A stretch of 64,000 nucleotides of DNA, from positions 206,069-270,068 of the forward strand of contig NMRA01000506.1 in assembly GCA_002633005.1 (NCBI GenBank), in the 5' to 3' direction. Positions 53,744 to 64,000 of this stretch are shown one piece after another (within the stretch, counting starts at the first letter, position 1; the number at the start of each line of letters is the position of its first letter). The translations under genes and the position numbers were made by a program. The DNA comes from Phoronis australis. Lineage: Eukaryota; Animalia; Phoronida. The notes under the pieces were generated by a model. That model was not told where the DNA came from and did not search any database. It saw only the letters and a program-made list of their open reading frames with translations.

Positions 53744-54191
53744 GCTGTAGTCTAACAAATCTTCAATGATGGTGCCATTCACAAAACGAAACCGGACGGT
53801 GCTGAAGAGCACGGTCTACCAAAACATGAAAGTTGAAAACTGTAACCTCCCTCTTCGCTCCATTCGACAATTTCCCTGTTTACATCCGGTGATTATATGT
53901 CAAACGAATTTTAAGGGAATGAAATATATTAACACTTACCGCAATTTGAAATTGATAATTTTGGATAAATAAAAATACAATTTTCATGATAACAATTAAA
54001 TGCTTTAATTGCCGTCAATATGGAAGTAGGCCTAAAGTTAATCGAATACAAACATCAAAATATTTACCAGCAGGTGGCGCGGTAAATTTCCGTCCACGGA
54101 TGTTTGGAGTCTGTGTTGTTGACTCTGTATGCTTGGATTGCTTTTACCATTGTTTGATGTAGATTTTCATTCTTTTTATACCACTGTAATC
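53744..54191. promoter_or_regulatory. Bidirectional promoter region between STYX and TPGS2, with a CTCF-consensus site at 54067-54080
   Basis: Divergent ATGs at 53743 (-) and 54192 (+); CCAGCAGGTGGCGC matches the CTCF core CCASYAGRKGGCRS. Confidence 0.65.
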
Positions 54192-54258
54192 ATGAGTGGC
54201 CTGTCAAGTATCCAGGAACACTTTGAGCAGCTAACTCTGGGTGTAATCAAAACTCTAA
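54192..54258 (+). CDS. TPGS2: TPGS2 exon 1
   Basis: MSGLSSIQEHFEQLTLGVIKTL; GTACGC donor, phase 1. Confidence 0.87.
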
Positions 54259-57200
54259 GTACGCTGTTTTTCTCACAAGCACTGTTCAGAACCTCTGCTA
54301 GGGTGAGCAAACCAATATGGCGGAAATTCAGCAAGAGCGAAATTTTGCCATTTTTCATGATTTTCACAAGCTCGTATCTATTAGCATACTAAGTGGTGAA
54401 AAATGAAAAGTATGCCAGTGAAATATTTAATTTTTCTTCTTTCTATTGATATCCGTTACAAAAACTTTGGGCATTAATGAGTATTTTTAAAAATTGAAGT
54501 AACGCGAGCACTTCATAAATTTTTCACTCACCTGTAAATTCTTGTGACTTTCAGTAGGGGTCAAACTTTCAGCTGTTAAATGGCCGTTACTGGACCGATT
54601 TTAATGATATTTATATCAAACTGTTTGCTACAAAATTCTGCTTTCAACCCTTAGTGTACACTTTTTATTTTTTTGACAAAAATATGAGAAAATGTACTTT
54701 TTTTAATTTACTGCCTCGCCACTCTCTCACCTGGGAAAATCCTGAAAGTGTACACTCAATGTCGTAATCACTTATCATGTCCTAATCCATTCCTGATCAA
54801 ATTTTTTCACTTTATCTCACCATTTCCATTTAGGAACACTTCTAAAAAGGTGACTTCAGTCATTTTTCAAGAACCATGTTGACCTTTCCAGGGTTCAAAC
54901 TGAACTCGAACCTGATTGGTTAAATGTATTCAACATAACCAGTCAAAACTTCTCTAAATTACAAAAAGTGGCCCAAACCTGGTAAAATATTTTCATTAAA
55001 ATAATATAGAGTCCTTTTAAAATTTAATTTACTTCAATTTTGGGGATAGAGTCATTTTTTTCTATTTTCTTCAAAAATATTTTTTGTTACACTTTTACTA
55101 CCTCATGGGGGCGCTGTGATCAGTTTAATTTTTAGAAAATTACATATTTCACCAAAATAAATGTTCAGTCAACGCTGCAGTGCATCAAAACATTTTAGAA
55201 TACAAATATGCTCTTTTTGGATAGTCACCAACACAACACCACTCAGTTTCTATATTATTTGATAGGAATGAAATTGATTTAAAATTCGTTGAAATTTTAG
55301 GGTCCAATTTAATTTTGTTTAATTAAAAATGCATACTATCATTTTTTGTCATTTAGTATGCAACTTAAGATTGTGAAAACATTGATCTTACTTGGGAAAA
55401 AAGATTAATTTACATAACCTCACAGGTTTTTACATAAATAACAAAATACTCTGAAAAAGACTAGTTTTCTGGTTTTTGCTCATTTTGAATTCATTTGTTA
55501 TGCAAATTTCATTTTTTAGAATTATTTCAAAACCTTTTGGAGCAAAAGAAACATGTGCACTAAGCCATAGTAATTCTTGAAGTGTTTTGTCATTTTCAAG
55601 GTAATAAGTTGCTATCTTTTTAAAACATCACTTGTTCAACTTAGCTTCAGGGGCAAAAATGTCCTGTCACAAGTCAAAAAAAAACTAAGTCGGTGGTGAA
55701 TTTTTCAATTTTTGTTGTTCTTGTTCGAGCAAAATATAATAATTTGTGGTTTGATGTCTATGCCATGTTGTTAACCTACTTGCAAAGGACTCTCCATCTT
55801 GTTTAAGGAGCACTGTGAGCTATGGATTCCCAAATATAGTTGTCTAAACTTGCCATTTTCTGTGGCCTGAAATTTCTGGGTGCCGTTTGCTGAAAAAAAG
55901 GCCATTTTTGAGGCTCTAAAATTCAAATAACTCGAGAACCGCTGAACCGATTTGAAAAATTCAAAAACTTGTATAAATGGCATGTCTAAGGCTATCATTT
56001 AACACTCTTTTCAAGTGTTTCTGATGAAATTTGTATTTGAGTTTGCTCACCCTACCTCTGCTGCATAGCAAGGTTATTAATTCGATCTTTTAGAACATAT
56101 CTCAAGAATACATCATAAGTAAAGGAGGGAGTATAGCATTTGCCATTACATCGCTATATAGAACTACTGGAAGTCTGATGAGGCTATCGCTGTGGTTGGT
56201 TGCAATTTGAGGCTCGATCCTGGTCTTTCATTATCTGACTCAGATATGTTGGCAGATTGAAAGTCATGCAGGAGCCAATTGCGAACCTTGCCAGACTTCC
56301 AGCTGTTCGATATAATGATGTAATGGCTGTACTCCCTTTTTTACCTATAGGTGTTATAGATGTGCTTCCGGTGAATCATATATGAGCCTCTGTTAACTAC
56401 TCGCTAACGGGCAATTGCCTATTAGCTGAATGGTTAGCACGCTTGCCGGTTTTATGGGGGTCGCTGGTTCGATTCTCGGATCGGGTAATCTCGGCTATAA
56501 TTACAAATGCCGTAGTCGGCAAAACGGATGATCTACCGATGAAGCACTGCCAACTAGTACCTGCAGACCTCGGGACAGCGCGCATGGAAGGTTGCAGGAG
56601 GCAAGGACCTGTATGAGAGACGACCTTGGGTTCACCTGTGTTGTGGTGGTAAAGGTACCAAGGGACGTTGATGACGTTGATGACCTGTATGTGAGACATC
56701 CTGGTGTTCACCTTTCTGGTGGCGTGCCTGTTCCGTAGGAAAGGGGGGAATGTTGTAGGTGTGCTTTCGGTGAATCATATATGAGCCTCTGTTAGCTACT
56801 CGCTAATGGGCAATTACCTAATAGCTGAATGGTTAGCACGTTTGCCGGTTTTATGGGGGTCGCTGGTTCGATTCCCAGGTCGGGTAATCTCGGCTATTAC
56901 TACAAAGTGTATAACGGGGCTATTCGGAGAATTCTCCTCGTGGTGTCGCTGCTGTACTAGTGGTGATTAAATTGCGCATGCGTGGCTGTCTGCATGTAAA
57001 CAAATGGTAAAAGATGGAATTTTTATCAAAATACGTCGTCGCGCTAAGCCTTATTACTGCTAATTTCCCTGGTGCAAGTCTTCGACAGGTGGCCACAAAT
57101 TCCCAAAAGACCTAAGGTTACTATATTCGTGGACAATTGCGGTCAACAAGGTCAACTAACTGACAAAAAGTGCATGAATGCTGAAGCCCCGTGTGAGCTC

Positions 57201-60200
57201 TATGACTATGCAGTTCCATTCAAAGACTACACAACATTACTTGGTAAGTTTTTAGCAATCAGTTTCTATCAACATCGTTCGGTGATGTTATCCCCACCAG
57301 TTACCCCACTGAATAACAGCTTTATTGAGTCAAACTAAGCGTTTCTTTTTGGAAACTCACCCGATGCCGGGTAGGCTAGCAGCACATATTCATATTGTCC
57401 TGGGTGGGAGTGCTCCCAAAATAAGAGGTGTATGGTACGTGATGCACAGAAGTCAAGAGTGACTTTTTCACAGCAGTTTCTCTTCAAAACTATGCTGTTT
57501 CCAATAAAATTATCTAGATGAAAGAGTTTCCTTATTTTATCGTGGACCCCACCCCCAGGACCACCAGCTCAGTTATTGAATTAACGACTTGAATAAGCCT
57601 TACCGGGTAATTCAGTAAATGTCGTAACATTGCATTGGAAAAAAATTGACACATAGAATGAATTTTACTTGTTGAGATCAGAAGCACATTTTAAGTGTCA
57701 TGAAAAATACACATTGTTAAATCACTTTTAGCCTGTTTCACATATTTTAATTCAGATATTAAATAAGACTTGGGTACAAAGGTTATTAGTTTCTACACAT
57801 NNNNNNNNNNNNNNNNNNNNNNNNNNNNNNNNNNNNNNNNNNNNNNNNNNNNNNNNNNNNNNNNNNNNNNNNNNNNNNNNNNNNNNNNNNNNNNNNNNNN
57901 NNNNNNNNNNNNNNNNNNNNNNNNNNNNNNNNNNNNNNNNNNNNNNNNNNNNNNNNNNNNNNNNNNNNNNNNNNNNNNNNNNNNNNNNNNNNNNNNNNNN
58001 NNNNNNNNNNNNNNNNNNNNNNNNNNNNNNNNNNNNNNNNNNNNNNNNNNNNNNNNNNNNNNNNNNNNNNNNNNNNNNNNNNNNNNNNNNNNNNNNNNNN
58101 NNNNNNNNNNNNNNNNNNNNNNNNNNNNNNNNNNNNNNNNNNNNNNNGACTGACTGCCGCGAAGTCGACATCGGCGAGTGCCTCAGTTAACAGGCGTCGG
58201 TAGAATAATCATGGAATAATCGTTAAAATAATCACAAACCTTACCTTTGTATGAGGTCGTGCTTACTTCCTCTCATAGAAGCACCCTTTTTACGCAATCT
58301 CAGATTCAGTTGGCACGGCTGCAAGCCATTTCACGGTGTATTTAAAGGGCTCGCGAAATCGAGGCTGTTAATCTATCACCACTAGTACACGCACGCCCTC
58401 TAGTTATTGTAGATTTTCCAAATAGCCCCACTATAATAGACACATATTTTAGTGTATATGAGCACAACCCCAGAAATTGCTTTCGCATTATATTCAGGTT
58501 CTCATTCACTCCCCTGCACACATTCACAAGTAAGACCGAGCTTAGAGGAATAGGAGACACCTTTGTGCAATGCTGGAATGTCAGCCAGTGAAGCCAGGAT
58601 TTGAACCCAGGTCTCTCATGTGGGAGTCTGGAGCTCTAACCACTGAGCCACACTGTCTCCTCATATATTCAAAAGATCAAAGTAAACTTTCGTGCACAAT
58701 AGAGTAGGGTCTTTGGCTCTGAGTTTATCAGCCCATGAAATTCTTTTGGAATTGCCACGATCACACAAGAAGTCCCCAGATATCGCACTCTATCGTGGCT
58801 ACCTGCTGTTTAGTCAGTTAGCTAACTGTAACTGAATGTAACAATACAGCTAGTAAAGGACCGTGTGTAAAAATTGGGAAAGGTTAGTGTTCACTTTTTC
58901 AGTTCACAAATGAATCTGCGTTTTTCTCATGAGGCTTAATCAAAGTATAGCTCACCCAACAGTGCGTAAGGTTTTGATACTCTGACATTCAAATGACATG
59001 TACATTGTTCGTTACAGTCGTTCAAAATTCAAAAAAATTGAAACAATTTGATGGACGTCATTTTCTTGGATCCCTCTCTTGCAAAAAAGTCGGACTCAGT
59101 TTCAAAACAATTGCCGTAAAAGAAATTTCATTTTCTGTATTGTTGTTTTTGTTTCAGTGCTGCGACCTGCTGTGAAGGATGTTTGTCATCACCATAAAGC
59201 AGCCGCAGAACACCACGAAATTCTGACTTGGGAGCAGAAACATTCCTGTATGATGCCTGAAGATCTCAAAAACTTTTATCTAACATCTGATGGCTTCTTG
59301 CTTACTTGGAATGTCAAAATGAATGGTAATGGTGTCTTATGACTTGTAGTACATGATAGAAGAATTTTTTATTTTGAATTTTCTTGCTTCATCAGAAACA
59401 TTATATTGTTTTTTGAAATCAGTTTTGCTTATGCAAAATTATTTAAGGTCAGTTATGTATATTTTTGTTATTGACCAGGGTTCTCCTTGAGCGAAATTTC
59501 AAACATGCGAATTCCGCATTATGTTTTTGTGTCCTAATTTTCTTTCTATTAATTCTCAAGAACAACTATTGCTTGCATATTGTTTTCATTTGCTCAAGCA
59601 TGTCACTATCATTTCCACTGCAAAAAATTGAGCTAAGTACCCCTCTGCACAGCACTATATTTCAACCATTTATCTTGTGAAGCAGAAAAAAAGTAACTTT
59701 TAGCTTTTCAAAGCTTGCTCAGGGCTCTTCAAACTTGGCTTAATATTTCCAAACATAGTGCAAAACATTTTAAGAAAACATGTAGGGATGAGGCTGATTG
59801 GTGCTGTTTTAACTTTCATTCTTTCTCTATCTTGAATCACTGTGGCGCCATCAGTGTTCGACCTTCAGCAAATAAATGTGCTGGACCACCGGGTTAGCTT
59901 CTTGAATATGAGACCGCATCCAGATAGGGCCTGTATGTGAAAGTTTACTGGCACGGCCGCAAATGCCCCGGCTGCTAATCCACTGTCCCCTGGCCAGCTT
60001 GTATTTCGAACGCTGGCCGCAATCTTCCTCCTTGTCATATAATGACAAGTTCTGTATTCACTAAAACTCTTTAATTTGTGATTTGATTTGCAACAAAAGT
60101 CAGTGGTGTTACTACATGTTTATTTTTCTGAAAACTTAACTTTTATCTTAACTTTGTTACTTTGTTATGGAAGCCGTGTGTGTAGTTGCATTAACAGGCT

Positions 60201-63200
60201 GATAATGTGAAATATTTATGTATATAGAACACCACAGTTCCAAAAGTAAAGAAGGTAATGTTTAACGGAGTCAAGTAAATTTCTGTTGTTTGTTGTCTTG
60301 TCTGTGACAGTGTGTTTTCTTCCGACAAGGGTGCACCTTTTCAACATTTATTTTAAAACGTTGTTTTTAATGATGCCATAAAAACTGATCACCTGGTCCA
60401 TATTTGATTTGAAATTTAGTAATTTAGCTGGTCTACTTAAGAAACTATGAAATTTTCACATGAAATTTCTAGTGCGACAACTTATCTTGAGTTCGCAGTT
60501 CATTTCATTTTTTCCAAGAATACCAACTGTTTCAACTTGTTTTATCTGTAAACCAATTAGGCATTCTTATTTGTTACATGGTTTTCTTTGTATTTCCAAC
60601 AGTCAGTAGAGAGTGTTTTGTGTCGTAATCTGATGATGGGTTAATTCTCTTTTTATAAATGTTGTGGTTGGTTCATGTTGTTCGTTAGTGTTTACATCCT
60701 TCTGTTAATTACCTCCGGAAAGGCTAGTCTGTTAAACTTTATGTAAGACCCCTAGAAAATATCCAAATTTGGCTTACGTCAGAACATCATATCTTAGAAA
60801 TGACTTATCAGATTCGTGTGAAACTTTCGGATATAGATATCTATACTTTTTGCAGTGTTCTCAAAACGTTGTTAGGCATTGGTTTCAAAATGTTCCATTT
60901 TTATATGAGGGACTATCAGTAGATAGGACTCGGTGTATGATTTTTATGATAAATCTTAAAAGGTGTATAAAATGAAAATGAGTTGATAATTTAAAAAACT
61001 GTAGTTAAAGCAATTTTGATTTTGTCTTGAGCATTTATCAAATGAAATTTGATCATTGTTTTGCAATCAACGTGCCTTTCTTTATTATTAAATTTTGCTG
61101 AAAAGACGTGGTTACATGAATTAATTAGTGGCAAAAAAAATTAAAAAATAAATTCTACAGGCTTTCTACATTCAGAAAATATATACCTTTGCGGTGAAAT
61201 CTCACCAATTTCGGACAAAAATAATTTCCAAAGTTACCCCTTTTTCGTTTTTTAAGAACTAACATTGCCGTAGATGGCCACAATTTTTCAAACTATTTTC
61301 ATGTTTAAGCATTAAATTGATGCTACATATCTTTCATGAAAAAATGAGAAAATGAAATTTCACCGGTCGGCCATATTGTGTCCGTATTGGAGAGATTTTT
61401 CTGTACTTAGTAAAGCTCTGTAATTTGTTGACTTACATTTGGCTAAATGTGCTGACTTGTCGATAAGGTCTTACGTAACCTCATTTTGTTGTGATTTTAG
61501 CACCATGGCAATGGTCATTGCTCTTTCTGTGTAAAGTGACCAAAATTTTGACTGTCAAAAATAAATAACATTTAAATTGTGAAAGGCTTTTGTGGCTAGG
61601 AAATTTTCAGTCCGACTTAATTCTTATATTTCATCTGTGGCTTTGATATATACTGAACAATTCTACGTGAACTTTAATGTTTGTATTCATACATTTTGGC
61701 TAGGAAAGTTTCAGTCTGGCTTTACTCCTACATTTTGTCTATTGCTTTAGTATACAACTGAATGATTCTATTTGAAATTTAGTTTTTGAATTCGTACTCT
61801 GAAGTAGACAAGTGCTTTCTGACTGACACTGAATCTCAGAAAGATAATGCGATGTGGCCTACAGTGGTTTCTCGGATTCAATTTTTCCAAATTACCAGGA
61901 CTATGTAAATTTGTATTTGTGTGTTTCTCTTATATTGAGTCATTGCTGGATTCCAAGGTTTTGTTTCTAGATGTTGCTATACACCTAGGCAGAATGGAGA
62001 TCAATAGCATATCACAGCTGCATAAAATAGGCAGTAGTGGCAAGGACAACCCAGCGCACCCCAGTTTGGCAGATCTAGAGTGTGATCCTGATCAGGAAGA
62101 CCAAGCAGGTATGTCTATTTCACATTATAATTTCAAAAGGAAAGATCATGTGATCTGCTTCAATGTGAACTTTGAAGTGTTTCTAAACCTGTGTTCTGTC
62201 CAAGATGTGAAGTTTTGATTTAGTTGCTTTGCTATTGTTAGATTGACCTTTAAATGATTTCTGTGTTTGCAATGAACTGACAGTTTGTTTTTCCTTGAGA
62301 CCGTGCATTATCGGCGCATGAAATAACCTGCCATGACAAGCCAGCTTGTAGAGCCTTGTCTTAAACAATAGTGAAGTGTCAGTTCTTTCGAATGCATGAA
62401 ATCACCTGCAATTTAACTAAAAAACATTTTCAAAACGGTAAGTTATGTAACTTAAAAGGTGAAGTTTTGTTATGTAAAACGGGTGTATAGCCTCTTTAAT
62501 TCTAAACACTGAATGTTTTTAAATCTGAATTTAGAAGGGCAATGTTGTAAGTACCCATATATTATTTCTTGGTCAACAGTTTTTGCTGGCGGACATTCAC
62601 ACGTGTTAAAATTGATAGTACTTTATGCTTTTTGAGGAAACTAGGGAATTGTCATGAATTTCGACACCACTATTATTTGGCATGGCAGTGTTTTGGGGAG
62701 CTAGCAGTCCTGGGCCCCTGTACGCAGCAAACGTGATAAATCTCATTAAAACATTTTCAGATGTGCCTCACTTTGATAGCCGAAGTAGAATTTTTGAGTT
62801 GGATCCGTGCTCTGGAAATGGCAAGGTGTGTCTTGTCTATCAGGACACAAAAGCAGGTAAACAGTTGAGGGCTGTAGTTGTTTTGCCTCACACTTGTTGA
62901 GTTCCTTTTGTTAAGTATGATTTTCTAACTCTTTCTTAGAGAAGTTGTTGCACTCCTGTCACTCATTTTTCATCTGCGTTCTGTTTCATGTTTTACACAC
63001 AATTTGTCCGTGTGGGCTCGTTACTTGTAAATATGTGTAGACGAATCATTTAGTGTCTTAATTGTCACATTAAAAAAAATCTTCAAAACATTCATGGATT
63101 TTTTTTTGTAAATTACAGTAATTTGTGCTCTGAAGGTATGCCAAATTCTGCGTTCTAAGCTTTTCGACAATTTGATTGTATAACTGTGATATTTGTATAA

Positions 63201-63833
63201 CAGGGCTCAGCCATGATAAATATGGGCATAATTATTATCTTCTAAACGTTTTCCAACTCTCTAAATAATTTCACCCATCTGGTAGATATTACTGGTCAGG
63301 TTCTTTTCTGCACAGTGCACAGACTAAATGCAGCTATTAACATTACTTTCATTAAAACTGCTCCTGAATTTTTTCGGTCTCTCATTTATAAACGATTATC
63401 ACACCAGACATGTAACACTGTATTTTGTTTTTCATTTACCATTTAGCATGTGCGCCCAAGCATATGTGTGGTTTACCAGAGATATAGTTTCAATTTCCTT
63501 ACGTACATGGCCAGAAGGTTGTTTGATACTCACTCTGTGATGACTAATTGCTCCCTCTTTTGACGATGTGAAAAGATATGTTCACCAGTTTTGGGGTGAC
63601 CTTAATGCATACAAGACTAATAGTGCCCTTGAGTGAATCTAGAGTTCCTCATTGTTTGCATACATACAGGTCTACCAGCCCGCGCACCAACGGTGTGGCT
63701 GTTGGACAGAGCACTCCAGTGGCACTTCATGGCTGAGTCTTTCTCTGTCTACTATCGGTTGATGTTAGCGCACCTAGGCCTACCTCAGTGGCAGTTCATT
63801 TGTACAGACCTTGGCATCAGTCCACAGGCAAAG
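54192..63833 (+). CDS. TPGS2: Tubulin polyglutamylase complex subunit 2, first 5 coding exons (54192-54258, 59158-59325, 61971-62108, 62761-62856, 63670-63833); 3' end lies outside the window
   Basis: Phase-consistent GT-AG exons give HFEQLTLGVIKTL, WEQKHSCMMPEDLKNFYLTSDGFLLTWNVK, LGRMEINSISQL, PSLADLE, PHFDSRSRIFELDPCSGNGKVCLVY and WLLDRALQWHF...YYRLMLAHLGLPQWQ...GISPQAK, matching human TPGS2 throughout. Confidence 0.95.
54300..56053. mobile_element. 1754-bp non-autonomous DNA transposon with a 9-bp TSD (MULE-like)
   Basis: Perfect 13-bp TIR AGGGTGAGCAAAC / GTTTGCTCACCCT flanked by ACCTCTGCT at 54291-54299 and 56054-56062; AT-rich non-coding interior. Confidence 0.85.
56352..56904 (+). mobile_element. 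Miniature LTR retrotransposon (TRIM) with tRNA-derived Pol III cassettes in both LTRs (Helenus-like)
   Basis: Two 154-bp TG...CA direct repeats (56352-56505, 56751-56904); PBS TGCCGTAGTCGGCA at 56508; PPT AGGAAAGGGGGGAA at 56737-56750; A box TAGCTGAATGG and B box GGTTCGATTC in each LTR. Confidence 0.88.
57801..58147. other. Assembly gap (N run)
   Basis: Continuous Ns. Confidence 1.
58582..58660 (-). repeat. tRNA-derived SINE head or tRNA pseudogene
   Basis: Minus strand reads GTGGCTCAGTGGTTAGAGC (A box) ... CCTGGGTTCAAATCCTGG (B box); anticodon and acceptor arms imperfect. Confidence 0.6.
59158..59325 (+). CDS. TPGS2: TPGS2 exon 2
   Basis: TTTCAG acceptor; LRPAVKDV...LTWNVKMN; GTAATG donor. 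Confidence 0.93.
60732..61481. mobile_element. Kolobok-like non-autonomous element containing a nested ~215-bp MITE (61191-61405)
   Basis: TTAAACTTTATGTAAGACC ... GGTCTTACGTAACCT termini. The inner element has CGGTGAAATCTCACCAATT ... ATTGGAGAGATTTTTCTG ends, like the 18097-18335 family. Confidence 0.55.
61971..62108 (+). CDS. TPGS2: TPGS2 exon 3
   Basis: TTCTAG acceptor; DVAIHLGRMEINSISQL...DQEDQA; GTATGT donor. Confidence 0.93.
62761..62856 (+). CDS. TPGS2: TPGS2 exon 4
   Basis: TTTCAG acceptor; DVPHFDSRSRIFELDPCSGNGKVCLVYQDTKA; GTAAAC donor. Confidence 0.94.
63670..63833 (+). CDS. TPGS2: TPGS2 exon 5
   Basis: ATACAG acceptor; GLPARAPTVWLLDRALQWHF...ISPQAK; GTGAGT donor. Confidence 0.94.
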
Positions 63834-64000
63834 GTGAGTCAATATTTTGCACAATTAAAATCACCAGTCATTGCGAGTAATGGCCTCCCCCAATTATGCT
63901 TTTGTATAAGAAGTTTTCAGTTGGTGTGGTACCTTTTGAGGTACATCGGACATAGGCAGGTCTCAAAGCCGGACCTACTGAATTAAACTTGAGGAATATC

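Noticed and set aside
56410-56495. Functional tRNA gene (also 39434-39508, 58582-58660, ~38415-38480)
   Set aside because: Anticodon or acceptor arms are degenerate and the units are embedded in repeats; treated as tRNA-derived.
57752-58171. Long ORFs in the ORF track
   Set aside because: Artefacts of the N gap.

Overview
AT-rich, intron-containing animal genomic DNA (draft assembly; N gap at 57801-58147, single Ns at 32236 and 40208), probably from a bilaterian invertebrate; the species cannot be determined from this window. Three spliced genes were rebuilt by hand with GT-AG junctions and consistent phases: AVEN (+, 4 exons, 35289-41491), the pseudophosphatase STYX (-, 9 exons, 53743-43814) and TPGS2 (+, 5 exons from 54192, running off the right end). 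STYX and TPGS2 are head-to-head about 450 bp apart. The left half has no intact gene that I can support. It holds a decayed APE-RT-RNase H non-LTR retrotransposon, an L1/Tx1-like RT remnant, a pogo-type deletion derivative, many MITEs and scattered decayed LRR (possibly Toll-like receptor) fragments. The most notable structure is a 553-bp miniature LTR retroelement (TRIM) in TPGS2 intron 1. Each of its two 154-bp LTRs contains a tRNA-like Pol III cassette, and they flank a tRNA-Ser-type PBS and a PPT (Helenus/Cassandra-like design). All homology calls come from recognition by eye, not from database searches.
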